Counted from the stretch's first letter, positions 15,213-22,560 are shown. The stretch is DNA of 24,000 nt from Halobaculum roseum (GCF_019880245.1 NZ_CP082286.1:676521-700520), one strand, 5' to 3'. Program-made: numbers and translations. Notes: a model not told the origin generated them from the sequence alone.

Positions 15213-15444
15213 GCGGTCACACGGCGGCAACACGGGACGGAGAGATTGCACGAGCGACCACAGGGGGGCGAGGACCCGAACCGACGCGAGCGCGCTCTCG
15301 GAGCCCTGACGGCTGGTGAGAGCCCACGCACACCCACACTTGTTTGGACGGGTACCTGTGGGTGCGTCTCGAAGACCGGTAGTCTGTGGATCAACTGGAG
15401 ACGTGTTCGGTGTACCACCAGGTGTCAGCGGGCGAGCTTCCCCA

Positions 15445-15915
15445 TCACGGAAGTCCAGACTGCGTGTTGAGGACCTGTTCGTCAGTTGCGGTGACAGCGG
15501 CCCACCACATCGTCAATACGGCGAGCGTGACCAACTCTGGAGGATGAGTCTCACTGATGCACGACTGCTCGTGTCGCGACAGCTCATCAGGCGGGTGGAA
15601 ATGGAGAACCGGATGGTCTGTGGCCTGGTTGGACGCTTCCCGCCCGAACCGGAACTCGAGTCCCTTCTCCCGGTAGTGGTTCGTGTAGTCGCCGTTCTCC
15701 CACCATTGGATATCGAAGTATCCACCATCCTGGTGGATTCCTGGAGCGACTGTCACTCTCGCCTCTCGAACCCTCCCTCGTTTCTCCGTGAATTCGTCGT
15801 GCTGCGTGTGGCGAAACCGAGGCGCACGGAAGCCTTCGTCGAGTTGGTTCGCGATCGTGTTGACGCTGGTGAGGATCGCGTCCGAATCGAGCGGTGATCC
15901 GTTTCCCATCACCAT
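15445..15915 (-). CDS. 156-aa protein, putative toxin/effector partner of the upstream wHTH protein; paralogue of 20091-20597; distant DUF6516/TumE-like signature
   Basis: YFDIQWWENGDY...LEFRFGREASNQATDHPVLHFHPPDE parallels FYVIQWIESDRD...LMLGWHQDETHMDLGECHLQIDHQGE in the 168-aa ORF. The start overlaps the stop of the upstream gene (ATGGTGATG). Confidence 0.75.
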   Translation of the reverse strand: MVMGNGSPLDSDAILTSVNTIANQLDEGFRAPRFRHTQHDEFTEKRGRVREARVTVAPGIHQDGGYFDIQWWENGDYTNHYREKGLEFRFGREASNQATDHPVLHFHPPDELSRHEQSCISETHPPELVTLAVLTMWWAAVTATDEQVLNTQSGLP

Positions 15916-16538
15916 TTCTGAACTCGCAGTTCGTCGGAAGCGCCCTCGAACTCATCCGCCGCAGGGGTGCGTCGCTTCGCCTGTTGGATACGGTACGCTG
16001 CACGGAGGTACTCGAAGTCCCGCATCGCTGTCCGCCAGTGCGACACGTCCGTCAGCTCTTGTTCGGAGAGTTCCCGGTCGGAAACGAGGAGTTCTTCGGG
16101 GGATTCGGTGTCGTACGCGTCCCGGTACTCGGCGATTTCGGCCTTCAGGTCCTGGATCTGTTCGACGACGTCACCGGCGGTCGCAAGCTGGTGAATCTGC
16201 TCGATGAGATGCCGGTCGGGGTCTCGTTGGTAGACGGTCCCGGAGTCGGTGTGTCGAGCACTCGCGACGCCTTCCTCCGCGAGCGCCTTGAGGGCAGTTC
16301 GGGCCTTGCTCTCGGAGACGGCTGCAATATCGGCGATCTCGTTCGCCGTCTTTGGTGTCACCGTCCGCTTGATCACCGCTCGGAGTCGCTCGTCCGCCGT
16401 GGTTGACTCCTTCCACTCCGCTCTCGCGAACTCGTTGATATCGTCGAACGCTGCTCCGTCCCCATCGAACGGCGAGATATCTTCGGGAGAGACCGGTTCC
16501 TCAGGGACGTCTTCGGCGCTGGGAAACTCGTCGGCCAT
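15909..16538 (-). CDS. wHTH + coiled-coil DNA-binding protein (putative antitoxin/regulator), paralogue of 19524-20081
   Basis: Acidic N-terminal tail, then TADERLRAVIKRTVTPKTANEIADIAAVSESKARTALKALAEEGV (wHTH), then a helical region (VEQIQDLKAEIAEYRDAYDTESPEEL). Colinear similarity to the 187-aa ORF (TARERVREI...; IASIQADIDEWKSRFDVESWDEL). Confidence 0.8.
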   Translation of the reverse strand: MADEFPSAEDVPEEPVSPEDISPFDGDGAAFDDINEFARAEWKESTTADERLRAVIKRTVTPKTANEIADIAAVSESKARTALKALAEEGVASARHTDSGTVYQRDPDRHLIEQIHQLATAGDVVEQIQDLKAEIAEYRDAYDTESPEELLVSDRELSEQELTDVSHWRTAMRDFEYLRAAYRIQQAKRRTPAADEFEGASDELRVQKW

Positions 16539-16680
16539 GTCATTCTCTTACATCTATCGCCACATATCTTCATAGTTCAGAAATGTGGTCTACAGGCTGA
16601 GCAGGCCCAGTGCCTCGGGGCTTGACCCCGAAGCGGTTCACCGAGAGAGAATTAAGTGAGTTAGTGCCAAACGAGTATCT

Positions 16681-16932
16681 ATGGCCGTCGACCTCACAGA
16701 ACGCGTACAGGAGATCGCGAAGGCACGTGATGTCTCCGAGTCGGAGGTGCTTGAGCAAGCCCTCGAGCGGGGCGTCGAAACCCTGTGGCAAGACCTCGTT
16801 CTCTCTCGATATCTGAACGATGAGATCCCGCGCGAAGAAGCGGTCGAACTCGCCGGAGTAGACCGCGTCAAACGCGCAGAGCGCGAGGCCGAAGCCGTCG
16901 AAGAGGATGTGCGGTGGGGCTTGAACGCGTGA
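16681..16932 (+). CDS. UPF0175-type antitoxin-like protein
   Basis: 83 aa. LVLSRYLNDEIPREEAVELAGVDRV matches the UPF0175 core (al.lY..g.is...Aaelag). The stop overlaps the GTG of the downstream PIN stub (GTGA). Confidence 0.72.
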   Translation: MAVDLTERVQEIAKARDVSESEVLEQALERGVETLWQDLVLSRYLNDEIPREEAVELAGVDRVKRAEREAEAVEEDVRWGLNA

Positions 16933-17108
16933 TCGTCGCCGTTGCTGACACCGGCCCACTCATTCACCTTGGCGAAATCGATTCTCTTGACCTCTGTTCG
17001 GTCGTCGACAAACTACTCATTCCAGAGACTGTCTATGAAGAACTTCAGGCCGGCGGACCTCCGTCCGAACTCGCCGACATTGAAATTGAGAATAACCGAC
17101 ACATATGA
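16929..17108 (+). pseudogene. Truncated PIN-domain (DUF3368/COG2405-like) toxin; only the first ~59 codons
   Basis: VIVAVADTGPLIHLGEIDSLDL...LLIPETVYEEL matches the N-terminal third of ~150-aa DUF3368-type PIN proteins, then stops. No continuation was found in other frames. Confidence 0.6.
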
Positions 17109-17218
17109 CAACTAACATCCGACGGGCTGTATCGAACATCACACAGCTACCAGCTCTCACTGTCCTGCTCGTGGGTGGCGGCATCATCTAAGTCTGTACT
17201 CAAACATGTATTACCTGC

Positions 17219-18088
17219 TCAGCGGCGTCGAACTGTATCTCCGTCGCGCTCGAGAATCTGCTTTGCGACTAGTCGATCAATTGCTTCATCGACGGTGTCT
17301 TTCTGGTCGTCCGAAAGTGCTCGCACATTCGCGAGAACTCTATTCCGAAGTACTTCGACGTTGTCGATCCCATCGTCAACAGCACCCAGAACGGTATATT
17401 CGACCTCGAACTCCGTCGCGAACTCTGCGATACGAGCGGTGAACTTGTTTGGGAGCCCCGACAGTGAGTTTACCGCTATCTCGATAGTGAACAGGGGATG
17501 CGAACGATCACGGATCTGCCGTGCTTCAGTCGTGCCGGTATTGAAGGGTCGCTGTTCGTCGATCTCAGTGAGGATTGATTCGTAGTCCAGCCCACGCTGG
17601 GCGTATTTCCGCATATCTTCGATGTCACGTCGACGGCCACTCGCTAGATCACCGCCGGAAACCGCTTTCAGCAGGAACATATCCTCATCCGAGAGGATGA
17701 ACGCTGTTACCAAACTCCCGGTCCAGAACTCTTCGGCCCGGTCGCGCATCCGGTCGGTGATCCAGACTTTCCCGACGATCTGCTGTTCGAAGATATCGAT
17801 TCGAAAACCGCGCTTGTCGTGATGCAGTTCGACGGTTTTTCCGACGCCCTCGAACGACTCCGTTGGTTCGTCGACAACCGTGAATCCCTGTGACGTGAGC
17901 GTCTGGTAGACGTGTTCGAACTCAGAAAGAACACCCACCGCAAGATCGATATCTTCGGTTTGGTCTTTCAACCCCCGGACCGTCATCGCAGATCCGCCGA
18001 GGAGATACACCGTCACGGACTCCGATAGCCAGGTATCGAACTCCTCGAGGAACTCTTTGACCGCCTCGCCACCTTTGAATACCGTCAT
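17219..18088 (-). CDS. Pol-beta-superfamily nucleotidyltransferase (AbiEii/MNT-like) with a ~110-aa extra C-terminal domain
   Basis: NTase signature LLGGSAMTVRGLKDQTEDIDLAV (hG[GS]x9-13DhD), with a downstream helical region ILSDEDMFLLKAVSG...RRRDIEDM. The C-terminal part ends in a wHTH-like DRLVAKQILERDGDTVRR. ATGA overlap with the upstream regulator gene. Confidence 0.85.
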   Translation of the reverse strand: MTVFKGGEAVKEFLEEFDTWLSESVTVYLLGGSAMTVRGLKDQTEDIDLAVGVLSEFEHVYQTLTSQGFTVVDEPTESFEGVGKTVELHHDKRGFRIDIFEQQIVGKVWITDRMRDRAEEFWTGSLVTAFILSDEDMFLLKAVSGGDLASGRRRDIEDMRKYAQRGLDYESILTEIDEQRPFNTGTTEARQIRDRSHPLFTIEIAVNSLSGLPNKFTARIAEFATEFEVEYTVLGAVDDGIDNVEVLRNRVLANVRALSDDQKDTVDEAIDRLVAKQILERDGDTVRRR

Positions 18089-19056
18089 ACTACACCGTAC
18101 TGCTCTTTGAGCGCCATAAATTCTGATTCACTTGGAAGGACGACAGGGATCTCGTCCGAGTCTTCGACCCCTTCCTGTGGTGCCTGGTACATCGCAGCGA
18201 CCGTGGTTTCCAGATCGTACCACGTTGCCGTTTCTGTGAGCGTCTCCTGGTCGATATCTAACGCCTCGATCAACAACATTGCATAGCTAACCCGGCGGGA
18301 GCCGCTATCGAGGGCAAGCGTGTGACACACCACTTCGCCCGGTGTGAGTTCCTCGTCGGGCGCGTACCAGAACGCGGGCTCACCTGCAAGGAAGAATTGT
18401 AGCCCGTAATCCTCGAATCGACCAAGCCCGGTCACCTGCCAATCTGGTGCGTCTAGTAGCGCGTCTGTATCTTCAGTGGTCTGCACGCGGACGAGTGTTC
18501 GTTTCGGGTCGCACCACTCGATAGTCGCACTCGGCGCGATATCCCGGGCTCGCGATCGGTGCTCGTGGGTCACGACGGCCTGCGCGAACGCCAGCAGCGG
18601 TGCGAGGTCCTCACTTACCGCGTAATCGGGGCCGGACGGGGACAGCATTGCCCGGTTTTTGAGCGGCGACAGCGCCTTGTGAACGCCTTGTCGAGTAATC
18701 CCGAGTCGCTTTGCAATCTCGGATACTCGACGGGGTTCGTCGAGAAACCAGCACACTTTGAGGGCGGCGGGCGAGAGGAGGTCAGCCCATTCAACGTGAT
18801 TGAGCTTCGACTGCAGCGTCCGGTACGCTTCAATGACCGGGTGGTCCGCGACACGGACTTTCCGCTGGTTGTTGGGCCTACGGCGTTCGATCAAGAGCCC
18901 CGCGTCCAGCAAGTCATCGAGCACCTCGTAGATGTGTGTCTGTGAATACCCGGTTTCAGTTGCGAGATCCACTGGCGTCGCTTCTCGGCCGGTACTCAGA
19001 GCGTCAATCACGGCGATTCCGGCCTTTGAAATCACTGTGTATACCCTAAACCCCAT
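18085..19056 (-). CDS. Double winged-helix transcriptional regulator with a ~170-aa C-terminal domain (AbiEi-like putative antitoxin)
   Basis: wHTH 1 is IAVIDALSTGREATPVDLATETGYSQTHIYEVLDDLLDAGLLIERRR. wHTH 2 is LKVCWFLDEPRRVSEIAKRLGITRQGVHKALSPLKNRAML. The start may instead be GTG at 19035 (see the promoter feature). Confidence 0.85.
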   Translation of the reverse strand: MGFRVYTVISKAGIAVIDALSTGREATPVDLATETGYSQTHIYEVLDDLLDAGLLIERRRPNNQRKVRVADHPVIEAYRTLQSKLNHVEWADLLSPAALKVCWFLDEPRRVSEIAKRLGITRQGVHKALSPLKNRAMLSPSGPDYAVSEDLAPLLAFAQAVVTHEHRSRARDIAPSATIEWCDPKRTLVRVQTTEDTDALLDAPDWQVTGLGRFEDYGLQFFLAGEPAFWYAPDEELTPGEVVCHTLALDSGSRRVSYAMLLIEALDIDQETLTETATWYDLETTVAAMYQAPQEGVEDSDEIPVVLPSESEFMALKEQYGVV

Positions 19057-19059
19057 TCG

Positions 19060-19067
19060 TATATAAA
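19060..19067 (-). promoter_or_regulatory. TATA box (TTTATATA on the minus strand) for the wHTH-NTase operon
   Basis: It lies only 4 nt upstream of ATG 19056 but about 28 nt upstream of the in-frame GTG at 19035. That geometry fits a leaderless haloarchaeal transcript starting at the GTG. Confidence 0.45.
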
Positions 19068-19127
19068 GGCTTCTGGATTTAGGTTGACAATCGAGTTATT
19101 CCGGTACGATGTCTGCGAGTGCGTTCT

Positions 19128-19382
19128 CTAGAGACCCGTGGAATTGCCAACTCGCCCGCTTGAACGCCCCGCGGTCTGGATGTCGAGTTCTTCACCGGAT
19201 TCGTCCACTTCCCAATTCAGGGTCCCGAAGCAATGTACTTCGCAGAGTTGGCGGACTGCCTGTGCATCGATTACGATTGCGCCGGTCGATGTCGTCCAAC
19301 GTATACCGTCGTCATTCAAATCCGGTGCGTTGGCACGCTCATCGACGTCGGTCTTCAGTTCATTGCCCGGTTCGTCCATCAT
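19128..19382 (-). CDS. Hypothetical small acidic protein (84 aa from the ATG-ATG)
   Basis: This is the only frame in the 19.06-19.52 kb gap with halophile-like acidic composition (MMDEPGNELKTDVDERANAPDLNDDG...). The competing plus-strand ORFs are Arg/Ser-rich off-frame products. No recognisable motif. Confidence 0.4.
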   Translation of the reverse strand: MMDEPGNELKTDVDERANAPDLNDDGIRWTTSTGAIVIDAQAVRQLCEVHCFGTLNWEVDESGEELDIQTAGRSSGRVGNSTGL

Positions 19383-19492
19383 CTCCCACAGCAGGCCGAC
19401 CACAGAACGGGTGCCAAACGACACGCCTCGTACGTGTCGTTCATCCCGTCTCGTCTATTACTCTATCTCGGATATCTGTGACCCATCCAAAG

Positions 19493-19500
19493 AAATAATA
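19493..19500 (+). promoter_or_regulatory. TATA-like box AAATAATA for the 19524 gene
   Basis: Centred about 27 nt upstream of ATG 19524, consistent with a leaderless mRNA. The listed ORF start 19518 is a GTG two codons earlier. Confidence 0.4.
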
Positions 19501-19523
19501 GAAGAAGCCGCGTATCGGTGAGT

Positions 19524-20081
19524 ATGACTGACCGTGGACTCGACTCGTGGACTGACGACCTCACTGCACGAGAGCGTGTACGAGAGATCGCGACGACGAT
19601 CACCGAACCGCGATCTGTCGACTGGGTCCGTGAAGAAGCGCAGGTGTCGTCGTGGCAAACTGCGAAAGACGAGCTGGAGATGCTGGTCGACTTCGGGCAA
19701 GTACAGGCTGTTGAAGGCGACGACGGAAACAGGAAGTACGCGCCGAACTACCAGCGTCGCTACTTCGACGAGGTGGCCGAGTTGATCAACACGCACACGC
19801 GAGCAGAACTTCGTGATGAGATCGCCTCCATTCAGGCAGACATCGACGAGTGGAAGAGCCGATTCGATGTCGAATCCTGGGATGAATTAGAAGCGACGCT
19901 CACTGATGACGCCCTCGACAGTGAGGGGATTCGAGAGCGCAACCGCATACTACGCCAGTGGGAACGATACGAGGACAACAAGCGTCTCCTCAAACATGCG
20001 CTTGAACTCTACGACGACGCCCGGGAGCTTCACCCGGGCCGGAACGATTCATCGAACGCTTCGACCCCAGTCTCGCAGTAA
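19524..20081 (+). CDS. wHTH + coiled-coil DNA-binding protein (putative antitoxin/regulator), paralogue of 15909-16538
   Basis: LTARERVREIATTITEPRSVDWVREEAQVSSWQTAKDELEMLVDFGQV (wHTH), then RAELRDEIASIQADIDEWKSRFDVESWDELE (helical). Colinear with the 209-aa ORF. Confidence 0.8.
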   Translation: MTDRGLDSWTDDLTARERVREIATTITEPRSVDWVREEAQVSSWQTAKDELEMLVDFGQVQAVEGDDGNRKYAPNYQRRYFDEVAELINTHTRAELRDEIASIQADIDEWKSRFDVESWDELEATLTDDALDSEGIRERNRILRQWERYEDNKRLLKHALELYDDARELHPGRNDSSNASTPVSQ

Positions 20082-20090
20082 GATCGCTTA

Positions 20091-20597
20091 ATGATCTTTC
20101 TCGCAAACCGCGCGAATCTCGACGCCCGAAGACTACTCAATCGAATTCACAACCAACTACAGACACAGGTTTCGAACGATACCTCTCCAGTTGAGCAGGT
20201 GTGGTATCATACGTCTACTGGGAACAAAATCGGGGTCCGGGCGACAGTCACACCAGACCGATTTCTCGGCACCTCATACCCTGTGGATGAAGCGGAATTG
20301 CAGGTCTCGTTTGACGTTCCGAAGACCCACCCATACGACTTCTACGTGATCCAGTGGATCGAATCGGATCGGGACCTCATGCTCGGATGGCATCAAGACG
20401 AGACGCATATGGATCTCGGTGAGTGCCACCTCCAAATCGATCACCAGGGTGAAACCGTACAGCGGGAGACAGCCGAGTTTCTCGATGCACATCCGTTGAA
20501 CGTGTTTGACCGGCGAATCGATGATCTCGTGGATGTTCTCGATGTGGTGACGTGGGAAGACGGCGTCCCTCACCTCCCGAACGAAGCAGTCCGTTGA
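20091..20597 (+). CDS. 168-aa protein, putative toxin/effector partner; paralogue of 15445-15915; distant DUF6516/TumE-like signature
   Basis: See 15445-15915. It starts 9 nt after the upstream gene. Its stop codon lies within a few nt of the right end of the IS element. Confidence 0.78.
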   Translation: MIFLANRANLDARRLLNRIHNQLQTQVSNDTSPVEQVWYHTSTGNKIGVRATVTPDRFLGTSYPVDEAELQVSFDVPKTHPYDFYVIQWIESDRDLMLGWHQDETHMDLGECHLQIDHQGETVQRETAEFLDAHPLNVFDRRIDDLVDVLDVVTWEDGVPHLPNEAVR

Positions 20598-20750
20598 CAT
20601 CCTCCCCGCGCTGAAGCGCGAGGATTCCCACGTTGGGATATTGTGGTTTACGACGTGACCTGCTTTCGCGGTGCGAAGCATCCGCTCTCTTGGTCGAACA
20701 GGTACGTCGATGGCTGTGCCAACCAGCCGTTACTCCTATCCTCTGACCGA
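20575..20750 (-). ncRNA. Predicted TnpB omega-RNA (reRNA): scaffold overlapping the tnpB 3' end and the right-end hairpin, plus a flanking guide (limits approximate)
   Basis: Established TnpB architecture places the guide RNA at the tnpB 3' end and the right end of the IS. A bulged hairpin at 20599-20625 (ATCCT-CCC-CGCGC TGAA GCGCG AGGAT) sits between the tnpB stop (20648) and the IS end. No transcript evidence is available. Confidence 0.4.
20599..20625 (-). repeat. Right-end sub-terminal hairpin of the IS
   Basis: 10 bp in two helices with a 3-nt bulge and a TGAA loop (plus-strand reading). Confidence 0.65.
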
Positions 20751-21922
20751 GGACTTGGAGATACTTTCTGCCGGATGTTCTCAGCAGCGTTCACGTCCGC
20801 GTTCGCCACCGCGTCGCACTCGTCGCACACGTACAACCCGCGCTCCACACGGTTCGCGTCCCGCTTCTTCCCACAGGACGAACACGACTTCGACGTATCA
20901 CGCTCGGACACCAGTTCGACCGTGATGCCTTCCATCTCGGCTTTGTACTCAAACATCGAGGTGAAGCGGTCGAACGCCCACGAGTGCAAGTCGAGATTCC
21001 CGTGCGTTCCCCAGTCTTTCGACTTGTCGTTCCCCTCGTCTTCGCGGATACCAGAAAGGTCGCCCACCACGACCGTTCCAACACCTTCCTCAACACACCG
21101 CTGGACGATATGCCTGGAGAGCGTGTGGAAGTAGTGGGTTCGACGCTCCGACTTCTTCTGGTTCAACCGCGAAGCTTGGCGGGAATCAGGGTCGTCACAC
21201 TGGGCGAGACGCTTGCTGAAGTAGTAGTCGTCCTGCTTCAGACAGTTCAACGGGTACAGTTCGCCGTGACCGTTTTCGTAGGCGAGCGCGGCAAAGTTGT
21301 TGATCCCGAGATCAACACCCATCGTCTTTTCACCGGGAGCTTCAGCGACGTCAATCTCGATCCTGCAGACGAACTGTAGTCCCCACTCGTCACCAGTCCA
21401 GACTGCCCGAACCTGTTGGACGCTCTCCACGGCGGAGAGGTCAACGTCCGGGCGGATCTGGTACTCGCAGAGAGTGAAGTCCGACCAATACTCCTTGAGA
21501 CTCGATCCTTTGGAGAGTCGGACTCTCTCATACTCGGTGTCGAGTTTGAAGCCAGCGGTCTTGAACGTGACCGTGCTTCGCGGGTGGTCGTCGCCGTGTT
21601 TGCGGTACTTCGGCGGGTTCGCTCTCGTGTCCCCGTTGCGTCGTTTACCGTACCAGCCGTTGAACGCTTCAGCGAGTTCCTGAAGGACTCGCTGACTTGA
21701 CTGAGAATGCAGGTCATCATAGCGTTCGTGCGACTTCAGGTACGAGGTGAGTTCGTTGTGACCAGGGATGTGGCCGATTTCAGCCCATACGCGGTCACAA
21801 ACCCACCGTCCGACATTCCAGAGTTTCGAGGCGGCGACTCCGAGCGAATTGAGGTCGTCGGACACCTGTTCTTGGTTCCGTATGGAAGCAGTGTAGGTGC
21901 GGGTGACGACCTGTTTCGCCAT
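20648..21922 (-). CDS. tnpB: TnpB (IS1341-type RNA-guided endonuclease, OrfB_IS605 + Zn ribbon)
   Basis: RuvC-I is MGVDLGINNFAA. The zinc ribbon is CSSCG...CDEC. RuvC-III is ANADVNAAENI. The WAFDRF...FEYKAEMEGITVELVSERDTSKSC block is present. 424 aa. Confidence 0.95.
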   Translation of the reverse strand: MAKQVVTRTYTASIRNQEQVSDDLNSLGVAASKLWNVGRWVCDRVWAEIGHIPGHNELTSYLKSHERYDDLHSQSSQRVLQELAEAFNGWYGKRRNGDTRANPPKYRKHGDDHPRSTVTFKTAGFKLDTEYERVRLSKGSSLKEYWSDFTLCEYQIRPDVDLSAVESVQQVRAVWTGDEWGLQFVCRIEIDVAEAPGEKTMGVDLGINNFAALAYENGHGELYPLNCLKQDDYYFSKRLAQCDDPDSRQASRLNQKKSERRTHYFHTLSRHIVQRCVEEGVGTVVVGDLSGIREDEGNDKSKDWGTHGNLDLHSWAFDRFTSMFEYKAEMEGITVELVSERDTSKSCSSCGKKRDANRVERGLYVCDECDAVANADVNAAENIRQKVSPSPRSEDRSNGWLAQPSTYLFDQESGCFAPRKQVTS

Positions 21923-22024
21923 ACGTAACCTGTGTCGGCAGTATTACTTGAAGATATTGATCACGAAACGAGGAATATCCATCAGTCTATCGGGGGGGTG
22001 AAGTCGTAGAATATTGTTGGATTC

Positions 22025-22044
22025 ATCCCCGCCCTGAAGAGCGG
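22025..22044 (-). repeat. Left-end sub-terminal hairpin of the IS
   Basis: CCCCGC / GCGGGG 6-bp stem with a CCTGAAGA loop, related to the right-end hairpin. Confidence 0.6.
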
Positions 22045-22269
22045 GGCTTTCTCCTCATATTTCCGTATTCGTCCCACAAGACAGCCCGCCGATGCTGACA
22101 CCCAGTAAGTGACGCATGGAACGTCTGCGTCTTGAACCCGTCGGGCTGCCCTCGGCCTGAAATCCTAACGCTCGGGATTCCCACGACTGTAGGCGTGGGA
22201 GAAGGTCAAGATGTAAAACCGAGACGAGTCGCCGAAATCATTGTACGCAATGCATACATTGCGAATAGT

Positions 22270-22560
22270 ATGGGAACGATCTCGGCACGCGTGCCCGATG
22301 AATTGGAAGCAGAACTCGAGGCATACCTCGAAGACGAAAACCTCGACCGAAGTACGGCTGTTCGAAAGCTTCTCTCGGAGGGGCTTGCTGAGTGGCAGCG
22401 CCAACGAGCACTCGACCAACTTGCAGCTGGAACCACCTCGTTCGGTAAAGCGGCCGAGCTGGCGGGGATGTCCGTCTGGGACTTTGCACAGCTCGCCAAC
22501 GAACACGATATCACCTGGGTGGCCGACGAGCATCTCGACTCGGACCTCGAGGCGCTGTGA
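22270..22560 (+). CDS. RHH + UPF0175-type antitoxin-like protein
   Basis: MGTISARVPDELEAELEAYLEDENLDRSTAVRKLL (ribbon-helix-helix-like), then LAAGTTSFGKAAELAGMSVWDFAQLANEHDI (UPF0175 core). The listed ORF starts at 22132, but homology and composition begin at ATG 22270. Confidence 0.75.
   Translation: MGTISARVPDELEAELEAYLEDENLDRSTAVRKLLSEGLAEWQRQRALDQLAAGTTSFGKAAELAGMSVWDFAQLANEHDITWVADEHLDSDLEAL

Larger units (their letters stand above)
20590..22065 (-). mobile_element. IS200/IS605-family, IS1341-type (tnpB-only) insertion sequence; ends approximate (+/- ~15 nt)
   Basis: An intact tnpB is flanked by related sub-terminal hairpins on the same strand. These are 20599-20625 (ccccgcgc-tgaa-gcgcg) and 22025-22044 (ccccgc-cctgaaga-gcgggg), each preceded on the plus strand by gttg. 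No tnpA is present. Confidence 0.7.

Noticed and set aside
15213-15444. 232-bp gap between convergent genes, with an imperfect hairpin (ACGCACACCCACA ... TGTGGGTGCGT, 15325-15367) and a GGACCCGAACC segment checked as a possible tRNA T-arm
   Set aside because: No cloverleaf can be built. The hairpin has a bulge and no flanking T-run. It is probably just a convergent-terminator region or decay debris.
15316-16406. Plus-strand ORFs 15316-15897, 15788-16207 and 15894-16406, plus several nested minus-strand ORFs
   Set aside because: They are antisense or off-frame to the paralogue-supported 156-aa and 209-aa genes, and their composition is Arg/Ser/Pro-rich.
22160-22200. Segment gaaatcctaacgctcGGGATTCCCACGactgtaggcgtggga sharing GGATTCCCACG with the right end of the IS (20622-20632); considered a solo right-end or orphan omega-RNA remnant
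   Set aside because: An 11-nt match is expected by chance many times in 24 kb, and the surrounding hairpin similarity is weak. The evidence is insufficient without a computed alignment.
22132-22269. N-terminal 46 codons of the listed 142-aa ORF
   Set aside because: Its composition (PSGCPRPEILTLGIP...) is unlike the rest of the protein, and homology to UPF0175/RHH proteins starts at the internal ATG 22270. It is treated as upstream non-coding sequence.
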